NCBI GenBank assembly: GCA_002269645.1
Contig: NIVC01000142.1
Location: 186,001 to 250,000, forward strand
Reading direction: 5' to 3'
DNA: 64,000 nucleotides
DNA from: Macrostomum lignano
Lineage: Eukaryota
This document shows, in pieces, positions 11,765-24,531 of the stretch (positions are counted from its first letter, which is position 1; each line of letters starts with the position of its first letter). The translations under genes were made by a program, and so were the position numbers. The notes beneath the pieces are model-generated. The model ran no database searches, was not told where the DNA came from, and saw only the letters and a program-made list of their open reading frames with translations.

Positions 11765-12200
11765 GGTGAGAGGGAGTGTATGAGAGGAGGGTGAGGGTGT
11801 AAGGATATGAGGGTGAGAGTGTAGGATAGGAGGGTGAGCTGGTGTGGGATAGGAGGGTGAGAGTGTAGAATAGGAGGGTGAGGGTGTGGGATAGGAGGGT
11901 GAGGGTGTGGGATAGTAGGGTGAGGGTGTGGTATAGGAGAGTGAGGATGTGGGATAGGAGGGTGAGGGTGTGAGATGGGAGGGTAAGAGTGTGGGATAGG
12001 AGGGTGAGCTGGTGTGGGATAGGAGGATGAGAATGTAAGGATAGGAGGATGAGGGTGTGGGATGGGAGGGTAAGAGTGTGGGATAGGAGGGTGGGGGTGT
12101 GGGATAGGAGGGTGAGAGTGTGGGATAGGAGGGTGAGGGTGTGGGATGGGAGGGTAAGAGTGTGGGATAGGAGGGTGAGGGTGTGGGAGGACGGTGAGAG
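11765..12200. repeat. 21-bp G-rich minisatellite (GGGTGTGGGATAGGAGGGTGA)n
   Basis: Tandem units. Confidence 0.92.
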
Positions 12201-13554
12201 AGAAGGAGGATGAGAGTGAGTTTCCAAGGCAGAATCTATTAGGCTGCTCACCCAATCCTAAAGTTAAACAGGTTGCTAAAACCGCTCATTGCCCGAGCGA
12301 TCGAATGATGACACGGCATTTTGGTCAGTAGCTGAGTAAAAAAGACGAGTTCGAATTTCTTCAACACATTGGCGGTTACTATCTGCTATTTATGAATAAA
12401 AACCTACCTCAGTCTAGATATTTATACCCTCAAAGTCTAACCCTTAGCTCGTACCGCGACTGATTCATTTGCTCGTTCGTCCTACCACTCAGGTGCAAGT
12501 GGAAAACTGAGCCTCTGTATGCTTCTTTAGCTTCATTCCGGGCGTTGCTGGCAAGCCCCAGATAGAACAGCGCCGCCCACGCAAATCTTCAACAATCTCT
12601 CTCATGTTTTGTTTCTGAGCTTGCCACAGCAGCTATTATTCATTGACGATTTCTACAATACATAGCTGGAAAAATCCTTGCGGTTTCGCTTCGTTATCAG
12701 TTTGCCATGATTCACCCGATAAGCAGCGATACATTCACGTTTCCACGTTTTCCTGTAAACTCGTGACCCTTCCAAAAATTTGTACGATAAACGGATGACT
12801 CATACTGACAGTGTAAAGAATACTTCCGAGCCAATTGTGGCTAAGAAAAGAAAAATGTGAGTAATTGAACAGTGGAGTAAGTACGGTTCTGGCCGGTTCC
12901 CTGGACCCCTGCGCTACTTCGAGCAAGTACAAGTAAGGTGATTTGAGGCATTTATTTTATGTAATATTGATGAGGACGCACTTTTTTCCAAACCTCGCGC
13001 TAGCACATGGGCTCTAAACTTATTAGCCTACTAACAGTGGGCAATGGGCATTTTTATCCTTTTCCTGCGAATAGTCATAGAATCTATTCTAGATATAATG
13101 TCTGGTCGTACTAGTAGTCATAATAACGTAGGCGCAGCTTTTTGGGTCATAAATCATCGCTTTAGAAGCTGGTCTGACAGCCACCTGCGCCTCACTCAGT
13201 GTTGAGGCGGGCGCCAGATGGTCTGAGAGGATGCGGGCGGTAGCTTTTTTCTCATCATTTTGACAGGCCATCAAGATTTATGAGGTCAGAGCCTATTGTT
13301 CGTGTTCACTCAAGCGTGTGACAGCTTTGACAGCTATGCGTTTTACCCCTAAAACTACTTTGGGATTAGCGATTAGCGGTTTCTCTTCATTATCTTCACT
13401 TTCTATTTAATAAGAGCTTTCTGATGTATATTTTTTCATTAATTTCTGTCAATCCTACGCGAAAAGTCATAAATCATTTTGTTGCGATTTTGATTGATTT
13501 ATGGCCACACCTGTCATCTTTTTACGACCCTGTGGGAACTGATAGGATCTCTCG

Positions 13555-13687
13555 GTCACGTGATTCTGGGTAGCAACAAGCTTAGCCAATCAGAAAATTC
13601 GGCGCTCATTTTAACAAAACGGCTCAGCCAATCAGAATCGACGTGTCCCATTATAACAAACTGTGGTCCAGTTGGCGGCTATTTAAA
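13555..13687 (+). promoter_or_regulatory. Promoter-like cassette (E-box, two CCAAT boxes, TATA-like); could belong to an LTR or other TE
   Basis: GTCACGTGA 13555-63, AGCCAATCAG 13584-93 and 13626-35, TATTTAAA 13680-87, in canonical order and spacing. Confidence 0.35.
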
Positions 13688-15618
13688 CCGGTGTTTTTGG
13701 CCCGCTCGGACCGGCACCTCCTGGGACCTTGGCTTAATAGCTTGAGACTTCCCGGAGCGTGACCGTCGTTTCTTGATCCCCTGATTGCGACTTCCCCCCA
13801 TCATCATCAAGGACAAATTCCCCCGGTCATCAGCAGCGAACATCAAAGTTAATATCATCACCTGCTAGCTATCTGCGAAGACTGTGACAGCATCATCCCG
13901 AGTCTACAGCTACAGAGCATCAAGCCGATTCGGTCACTGTGGATTACCTGGTCTCCGGCTGTTGAGTTTCTGATTGGTTGGGTGAGAGGCTACCTAGACT
14001 TGCTTGATTGGGTGATTCCCTATCTGTCCCCTGTTTCAGTAGCTGGATTAGGCGCACACTTTTGCTCATTTTGTTCAGTAGTGCTGTTGCTGAGGCAGAA
14101 GTCATTCAATAATACTGCTAGTAGTCTAAACTCCAATTCAATCTGAAGTGTGAAGTGATCTAAGGAGAAGGTTAAATCTAACAGTTATTTTTATCGGTTT
14201 TATTTCTTTGTTCGCCGATGGCTCAGATGAGTAGCTAAGCTAGTAGGCGCCGGTCACAGTGGACCAATGGCAAAGCAGTTCTCAGTCGATCAATCAATCA
14301 AATCCGTGAGCAAAACTGCCAGAAGTGCAGAATCGGCGCCAGAGATGTACTTTGTGTACTCTAGGTTCGCCAAGCGGCTCGGGTGATGAATCATGCGGTC
14401 TCTGAAGTTTGAGTTAGCCTATTATCAGCGCTATGAGAGGCTAGTTGGCGCGTTGAAGGCCAAAAGTACAACTCCTCGTATTTAGCAATGTAATAGTACA
14501 TGTAGCTACCCCATAGTCTCGCCACTGCAAGAATCCCTTGCACAAGTCCCCTCTGTACCTGCATGGCCAATGCGATCTAGTCCCAGCAGTGTCCCTTATC
14601 ATCGGCTATGACTTCGAGATTGACAGCAAAAAGACACTAGTTGGCAGGTAAGTGCAAAGCCCCTTCTAGTCGGAAGCCCGATTTCGAGAGTCCCGGTGTG
14701 GTGAGCCAGGACGTACGGGCTGGTGGCAGCGAGTTAGCTAACCTGCGGGTTAACTAATTTCTACCTTCAAAATTCTCCCTGCTTGTCTCTCGCTGTCCCT
14801 CTCTTAGCTATAGGACCTAGACTGCTCGCCACACGATCAAGCTACCATGGGACTGACCATCTGACAGGAGTGGGGGGCCAGGACTCTAATTGATTTATTT
14901 CTGAGACCTGAGGCCCGAAGGCTTCCCCACAAGGGGGCCGGAAGGTCGAAACCCATCAATTTTATGCATGCATTAACGATACTCGTAGTTAATTTTATAA
15001 ACAGAATTTAAAAAGTATCGCATTCGTATTGTGTGAAAGTAAAAGAGAAAATTCAATATCCATTTCCTTCGTGCTTAGGTATATCTAGTTCACTGTATAT
15101 GTATACGCAAATCACTGGAATGTTTAAAGTAGTAGTGTTTCTTCAAACTCGTCTTCAAATTTCTGTAAATTCCATCATATAATTTTACGAAATTTTATGC
15201 GAAACGGAACTTAAACATTGATTTTACTCAAGAATGACTTAAGTAAGGATCCCGGAATTGATATCTGGTTTAGCAATAGCCTTCGATTCCAACTGAGATC
15301 GACGCTAAAAATCCTTATAGTCAGCAAGTTACTGCGCGGAAATTCGTTTTTGTTTTAAGTTCATTTTAACAAAACGATATAAACTCTTTTAACTAAAGAA
15401 CACAGGGTTGCATCAAAGTTAAAAATGAGTTTTTAAAAAGCAAGTTTTATTGTCAATATTATTTTTAACTGAGACTGATATATGTAAATCAATACCGAAG
15501 AATCTAAGCAAACAAAATAGTTTAAACTGCAAAAGCCAGAGAGTTTACTTAAGTCCAACCGGATAGAGTAGGCACACACCTGTAATTTGCCATTTCTGCT
15601 AACTATTAAAACGTAGTA

Positions 15619-15665
15619 ATGGAATATGTCGGCAGCTCATATGAGGGGGAAATAAAAAATGAGCG
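15619..15665 (+). CDS. MORN5: MORN repeat-containing protein 5, exon 1
   Basis: MEYVGSSYEGEIKNE(R) matches the recalled MORN5 N-terminus MEYTGSKYIGEYVDGR. Donor CG|GTAAGA. Confidence 0.85.
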
Positions 15666-16433
15666 GTAAGAATTTTTTTCCATTTTTCGGTACTCATGTA
15701 TTCCTAAAACTAAAATTTAATGCATAATGCATTTAATGCATTGCAAAAAATTTTGCAATTAGTATTATTTTTCGACACAAAGAGCAGAATTTAATTAAAT
15801 CAAAATCAGTATTGAGAAAGAGGTCCTTAAGATGAGAGAAAGCCAGTTGAATTCGGTTAATCAATAGAAACATGGAATGAAATGAAAAAAATCTTAAAAT
15901 CAAGATTTGTCTATTAACGTTAAACTTAAATTCTTCGGCTAGTAAAGTTTCGCTTTTATACTACTTTCTTTTTATTTATCATTCAATGATGACAAATATT
16001 GAGAAAGTAGTGGTGAAGTGTAGGATATTTTGAAAGCAAGACAAAAAATTATATAAAAATCTGGAACTGTAGCAGAAAAGCACACATCAGAGTTCAAGTG
16101 TAAAGTAAGATTTTATGAGAAAGCTGTGTATACTATATCTGAATACATTAGTCAATGCATAACTGTACAATAACAGCAGGCAAATTCCTATGTATGTTAT
16201 ACTATTAATGAATTAAAAAAGTACTAGTATTAACTATAAATCATTATGGTATATACTTTGTATAGTATGATATAATACTAATAATTCTATTGAGAATTTC
16301 CTTCAAAATAAAATAATGAAGGACGGAAGAGATTTAGTGGTAGGAAGACAAGAGAGTAAGAAATAATACCAATGTTTCAGTTTACAACTGAGCATACATT
16401 TCATTGAATAATTTACTTATAATAAAAATCTGA

Positions 16434-17343
<910 letters not shown>

Positions 17344-17577
17344 TAAGGCACTACTTTCAGTAGAAATGATACAATAAAGCCTGCATAAAATCAATAATAA
17401 TGATTTTTTTATTAATTACTCTACTTGTAGTAGAGAGAGATATTGAAAGATAGATTGAATAATAAAAACAAAAAAACGATGTGAGCGTGTCATATAGTCT
17501 ACTAGTAGTAGAAATATTAGCGCTTGAATTAGTCGCTACACAACAAACAACCTTAATTCCCCGTCTCATTCTCGCAG

Positions 17578-17663
17578 ACGATGACGAGCACGAGTGGATC
17601 GTGCGCACCTGCCGCAAACAGTGGGACGAATTCGTTGGCCACCAGGAGAAACACGAGGGCTGA
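17578..17663 (+). CDS. MORN5: MORN5 exon 4 (stop); total 174 aa
   Basis: [16 protein letters not shown], conserved MORN5 C-terminus. CTCGCAG| phase 1. Confidence 0.95.
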
Positions 17664-17959
17664 ACCTGGCCCAGATGATCACTGGAAGCTGCGACAGACG
17701 CCGCGAACTATAAATTTTGCACTTTTTGTTTTAATTTGAACAGCGAATTCCTATTTTCATACAGTCTGAATACATGCAAATTTAATATGCTAAATTTCAA
17801 TGTAGAATGATGCCTTAATAGAAAAGCCTTTGTAGACTATCGGCCTGTCTGTCTCACTACTTTGTCATTGTATTTGAGAAGCAAAGACATAAAAAGTTTT
17901 TTGACTATGTTTGATTTTTAACAAATGAGACTGCTACTGCGGGCCTTCGACAATTGACA

Positions 17960-18385
17960 CCGGCTCGACACTTCCTTCAGTTCTCCATCTCTCTTCCTTT
18001 TCTAGCTCACTTCCTCTCCTTCTTCTTCCCATGTCATCTATATCTCTCTCTCTATTTTCTTTCTACTCTCATTATCTCTCCTTCTCCCTCTCCCCCCTCC
18101 TTTTACATCTCATTTTTTCTCTCCACCCCGTCTCTCTGCCTACTCTTACCTCTTCCTCTCTTTTCTTGCTATCCCTATCGCTCTCCCTCTCCCTCTTTCC
18201 TTCTGCTTCTCTGTCTCATTCTCCGTCTCCCTCTCCCTCTTTCCTTCTGCTTCTCCGTCTCCGTCTCCCTCTTTCCTTCTGCTTCTCCGTCTCCGTCTCC
18301 GTCTCCCTCTCCCTCTTTCCTTCTGCTTCTCCGTCTCCGTCTCCCTCTTTCCTTCTGCTTCTCCGTCTCCGTCTCCGTCTCAGTC
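17960..18385. repeat. Polypyrimidine (CT-rich) low-complexity repeat
   Basis: CTCCGT and TTCCTTCTGCTT units. Confidence 0.9.
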
Positions 18386-18624
18386 TGTTTTTCTCTGTCA
18401 AATTGTCAAATTCGTGACACACTACTTGCAACAGAATAGTAATATCTTGAGCATTTGATTTATTAAAATAATACGAGCTTATTGCAAAAACAATCGACTT
18501 GACAGTCTGTCAAAACTGTTCGGTACGAGTTTGGAACTGCTGTTCAATCAGCATGAACCAACTGCAATGCAATGCGACCAGTTGTTACCAATGCTTGAGA
18601 AGTAGAGACGGTTGTTCGGCAAAG

Positions 18625-19100
18625 TGGGAAACGGAAGGCGAAGATTTGGAGAGGACGAGAGGGGCAGATAGATGAAGATTAAGAGGAGAGATTAATGCAT
18701 AGGAAGAGAAGAGAGCCTCAACTAGGAGAGGAAGAGCCCAAGGAAGAAGAGGAGGTGGAGAGACTGGGGCAGGGAGAGAGGGAATGAAGAAGAGAGTGAT
18801 ACAGAGAGAGGAGGGGGAGAAGGAAAGGTAGATAGGGAGGTGGAGAAGGAGAAGCAGATAGGGAGGGGGAGAAGGAGAGGTAGATAGGGAGGGGGGAGGA
18901 GAGGTAGATAGGGAGGGGAAGGTGGAGAGGTAGATACGGAGGGGGAGGAGAGGTAGATACGGAGGGGGGTGGAGAGGTAGATACGGAGGGGGCTGGAGAG
19001 GTAGATACGGAGGGGGAGGAGAGGTAGATAGGGAGGGGAGAAGGAGAGGTAGACAGTGAGATAGGAGGAGAGGAAACGTGGAGAGGCAGGAAGAGACGGA
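18625..19100. repeat. Polypurine (GA-rich) repeat with GGAGAGGTAGATA(C/G)GGAGGG units
   Basis: Purine-only strand, tandem ~21-bp units. Confidence 0.9.
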
Positions 19101-19723
19101 GAAGCAGAATGAAACAGACAAAGGCAAAGCAGCGAGAGAGGCAGTTTGCCCCATTCATTCGCTCAGCGAAGACTGTCAGAATTTTCCAGTGACTGCAGAG
19201 AGCAGCACAATGAATGAATGCATTGGCAGAGGGGGCCCGTCTAACACCGCCAGCCTTATTAAAGCCAGGGTATCGGCTGTGATAATGAAATCCAAAATCA
19301 GTTGGCAAAGGCGCACTCGCCCCCCCCCCCCTGCCTGCAGTCAATTATTCATGCCAGCTGTGTTGAATGACCGCCAGGCAGTTTCTCATATAAAATGCTG
19401 AAATGCCGTTTCTAGGTCTGAGGAACACGCACCTGCCTGCTTAAGCCTCTAGCTTAGCGGAGACTTGGGTCTCAACAATGGGGAATTTTCTTTTCTATAG
19501 CAGGGCCATTGTCCGCAATCTACCCTCCTTGGAGGGGGTTCTGTCTAGCTATCTTTATGAGGCGTATTGGCATAAGGGGTGCTTTCACAAGGTCAAAATT
19601 TCGAGGTCGAAACCCCCCCCCCCTCCGGCATAAGGACAGCGGGGGAGAGAAGGATTAAAAATTTCGGCCAAGGCATGCAGAGCTCTGTCTGAATTTGATT
19701 CAGATGTACCTGGAAGGCCTAGA

Positions 19724-21898
19724 CTCTGATGAGCTGGGTGGCTCAGCATCTGCAGACTCTGATGAGCTGGGTGGCTCAGCATCTGCAGACTTTGATGATG
19801 AGCTGGGTGGCTCAGCATCTGCAGACTCTGATGAGCTGGGTGGCTCAGCATCTGCAGACTCTGATGAGTTGGGTGGCTCAGCATCTGCAGACTCTGATGA
19901 GCTGGGTGGCTCAGCATCTGCAGACTCTGATGAGTTGGGTGGCTCAGCATCTGCAGACTCTGATGAGCTGGGTGGCTCAGCATCTGCAGACTCTGATGAG
20001 CTGGGTGGCTCAGCATCTGCAGACTTTGATGATGAGCTGGGTGGCTCAGCATCTGCAGACTCTGATGAGCTGGGTGGCTCAGCATCTGCAGACTCTGATG
20101 AGTTGGGTGGCTCAGCATCTGCAGACTCTGATGAGCTGGGTGGCTCAGCATCTGCAGACTCTGATGAGTTGGGTGGCTCAGCATCTGCAGACTCTGATGA
20201 GTTGGGTGGCTCAGCATCTGCAGACTCTGATGAGCTGGGTGGCTCAGCATCTGCAGACTCTGATGAGTTGGGTGGCTCAGCATCTGCAGACTCTGATGAG
20301 TTGGGTGGCTCAGCATCTGCAGACTCTGATGAGCTGGGTGGCTCAGCATCTGCAGACTCTGATGAGTTGGGTGGCTCAGCATCTGCAGACTCTGATGAGC
20401 TGGGTGGCTCAGCATCTGCAGACTCTGATGAGTTGGGTGGCTCAGCATCTGCAGACTCTGATGAGCTGGGTGGCTCAGCATCTGCAGACTCTGATAAGCT
20501 GGGTGGCTCAGCATCTGCAGACTCTGATAAGCTGGTTGGCTCAGCATCTGCAGACTCTGATAAGCTGGGTGGCTCAGCATCTGCAGACTTTGATGATGAG
20601 CTGGGTGGCTCAGCATCTGCAGACTTTGATGAGCTGGGTGGCTCAGCATCTGCAGACTCTGATGAGCTGGGTGGCTCAGCATCTGCAGACTTTGATGATA
20701 AGCTGGGTGGCTCAGCATCTGCAGACTCTGATGAGCTGGGTGGCTCAGCATCTGCAGACTCTGATGAGCTGGGTGGCTCAGCATCTGCAGACTCTGATGA
20801 GTTGGGTGGCTCAGCATCTGCAGACTCTGATGAGCTGGGTGGCTCAGCATCTGCAGACTCTGATGAGTTGGGTGGCTCAGCATCTGCAGACTCTGATAAG
20901 CTGGGTGGCTCAGCATCTGCAGACTCTGATAAGCTGGTTGGCTCAGCATCTGCAGACTCTGATAAGCTGGGTGGCTCAGCATCTGCAGACTTTGATGATG
21001 AGCTGGGTGGCTCAGCATCTGCAGACTTTGATGAGCTGGGTGGCTCAGCATCTGCAGACTCTGATGAGCTGGGTGGCTCAGCATCTGCAGACTTTGATGA
21101 TAAGCTGGGTGGCTCAGCATCTGCAGACTCTGATGAGCTGGGTGGCTCAGCATCTGCAGACTCTGATGAGCTGGGTGGCTCAGCATCTGCAGACTCTGAT
21201 GAGCTGGGTGGCTCAGCATCTGCAGACTCTGATGAGCTGGGTGGCTCAGCATCTGCAGACTCTGATGAGCTGGGTGGCTCAGCATCTGCAGACTCTGATG
21301 AGATGGGTGGCTCAGCATCTGCAGACTCTGATGAGCTGGGTGGCTCAGCATCTGCAGACTCTGATGAGCTGGGTGGCTCAGCATCTGCAGACTCTGATGA
21401 GCTGGGTGGCTCAGCATCTGCAGACTTTGATGATGAGCTGGGTGGCTCAGCATCTGCAGACTTTGATGATGAGCTGGGTGGCTCAGCATCTGCAGACTTT
21501 GATGAGCTGGGTGGCTCAGCATCTGCAGACTTTGATGATGAGCTGGGTGGCTCAGCATCTGCAGACTTTGATGAGCTGGGTGGCTTAGCATCTGCAGACT
21601 CTGATGAGCTGGGTGGCTCAGCATCTGCAGACTTTGATGATGAGCTGGGTGGCTCAGCATCTGCAGACTCTGATGAGTTGGGTGGCTCAGCATCTGCAGA
21701 CTCTGATGAGCTGGGTGGCTCAGCATCTGCAGACTCTGATGAGATGGGTGGCTCAGCATCTGCAGACTCTGATGAGCTGGGTGGCTCAGCATCTGCAGAC
21801 TCTGATGAGCTGGGTGGCTCAGCATCTGCAGACTTTGATGAGCTGGGTGGCTCAGCATCTGCAGACTTTGATGATGGGCTGGGTGGCTCAGCATCTGC
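19724..21898. repeat. 33-bp minisatellite (GACTCTGATGAGCTGGGTGGCTCAGCATCTGCA)n, ~65 copies
   Basis: Highly homogeneous, 33/36-bp variants. Source of the 600-800 aa ORFs. Confidence 0.98.
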
Positions 21899-22565
21899 AA
21901 ACTACAGTGCAGTGCAAATTTCAGATAATTCTACCAGCATCTGCAGCTGCCACCACCCCCCTCAGGGGCTTCCCTCATCCCATACAATGTCAGGTTCTCA
22001 TAAATCTAAGAAAAACGCGTGGGCCGCTGTTGATGCAACTATCATACCCAGTTTGATGCGGGATGGGGGTTGCCGGCATAAAACAATGGGTCATTTATCC
22101 TATACACCTGTGAGCTTGGTCATTAATCAGTTGTGCCGGTAGGTGCCTCATCTCTGCCCAGATAACTGGATGCTGCAGAGCTCATCATCATCGTTACTGC
22201 CCGCAACTAGCCGCTGACATTTTTAATGCTTGACAAAAAAACTCCCCCCTGCCAACCCTTCCAACCTCCGGCAGCCTCCGCCAGCCTCTGTCCCATCCGT
22301 CAGCAGGCCTGTTGAATTATTCAAGCCTTACCGATGTCGGGATGCTGCAGGATGCTGGATTGCCAGAAAAGACCTCCGCGGAGCCATGCCGTGCTCTCGC
22401 CAGCGTGAATTTTTTATCACATTTAGCTGAACTGACCTCAAGGCGGGTAGGTAAAGCCTGACGCTTGGTCCGTATGTTGACTTCATAAGAAAGACGTCTT
22501 CGCATGCAATGCGTTGAGAATTGACATTTGAAGGTTGTGCTGAACTGCGCGGGAAGTTAGGAGTA

Positions 22566-23157
22566 TGGATGATCTAGCTATAGACCAATTGATGATCTAG
22601 CTATAAATCTATGGATGATCTAGCTATAGATCAATGGATGATCTAGCTATAAATCTATGGATGATCTAGCTATAGATCAATGGATGATCTAGCTATAGAT
22701 CAATTGATGATCTAGCTATAGATCAGTTGATGATCTAGCTATAGATCAATTGATGATCTAGCTATAGATCAATTGATGATCTAGCTATAGATCTATGGAT
22801 GATTTAGCTATAGATCAATGGACGATCTAGCTATAGATCAATGGACGATCTAGCTATAGATCAATGGATGATCTAGCTATAGATCGATGGATGATCTAGC
22901 TATAGATCAATGGATGATCTAGCTATAGATCTATGGATGATTTAGCTATAGATCAATGGACGATCTAGCTATAGATCAATGGATGATCTAGCTATAGATC
23001 TATGGATGATTTAGCTATAGATCAATGGACGATCTAGCTATAGATCGATGGATGATCTAGCTATAGATCGATGGATGATCTAGCTATAGATCGATTGATG
23101 ATCTAGCTATAGATCAATTGATGATCTAGCTATAGATCAACGGATGATTTAGCTATG
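22566..23157. repeat. 23-bp palindromic minisatellite (TGATGATCTAGCTATAGATCAAT)n
   Basis: Tandem units containing the GATCTA-GCTA-TAGATC hairpin. Confidence 0.95.
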
Positions 23158-24120
23158 GGAAATCAATCCATCACTGGAGTCTCAAACTGGGATTAGAAAC
23201 TAGCCAGTCAAAGCTTCTATAAGCTTGCAAATTTTAGCATACAAGGTTAGGCCAGCACCAGGGGCATTCGTCCTAAGCCATGGGTGCAACAGCTTGCACA
23301 CAGGATCTGCTGCAGCCTGTTTACCCACACTACCAACTCTTCAATCGGATTTGTAGGCAGCGGTATCCGTATTGTTAAAAATAAAACTTGCCTTGAGTAG
23401 CCCGCAACATGAGCAGTGGGGAAGATTGGCGGCGGGTAGAGAGGGTCAAGTCAAAGAGATTAAATTGGGACTACTGGCCCCAACACATTGGTGAGGGCAA
23501 GTCTCGCTTTTTTATAAAGCAAGTTAGAATAACTGGGTGCCCCCAACCATTGCTCCCAACAAAGAGACGCTGCAGTTCCTGTCTCTCCCCACACAGCAGC
23601 TTTTGAATGAGCTTAAAGCCATATCAGGGAAGCAAATGGTAAATTATTACCCGTAACTATACATAAGCTGGTCGGCTTCTGAGATCACCTTCCTAACCCC
23701 CCCCCCGCATCTATCCGCCTCTGTTCCCCAACCCTCATTTCTGCTCCCGTGGGATAAGCAAGCTCCAATACCAAATCTAGCTTACGAGTTCAATGCTCAC
23801 AAGGCGATATTGTTTTCCGACTAATTCAATGCGTAGACTGATTGATTGCCCCTCTCGCTAAACCCCTCCCGCTCTCTCTTCTGCGCTATTGTTAAGCTGC
23901 CAAATTCAAAGAGAGCAAGGCGCCACACGGTGATAGGATTGGCTGCAATGGCTCAATGGCTTGATCAGGACTGCGCTTGCTCCATTGCCCATCAGTTGTG
24001 ACTGTAGCTCTCTTCCTTGTGTTCTGGCTGAATGGGTGTGGGAGGTGAGATAACGGTGGGAAACTGAAAATCGGAGAAGGATAGATCAGATCCCAGCTCA
24101 CTTCCTATCGCAGCGTCAGC

Positions 24121-24531
<411 letters not shown>

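Noticed and set aside
19724-21898. Tandem hammerhead ribozymes (each unit has CTGATGAG followed by a GCTG..CAGC stem)
   Set aside because: The obligatory GAAA after stem II is absent (ATCT instead), so there is no catalytic core
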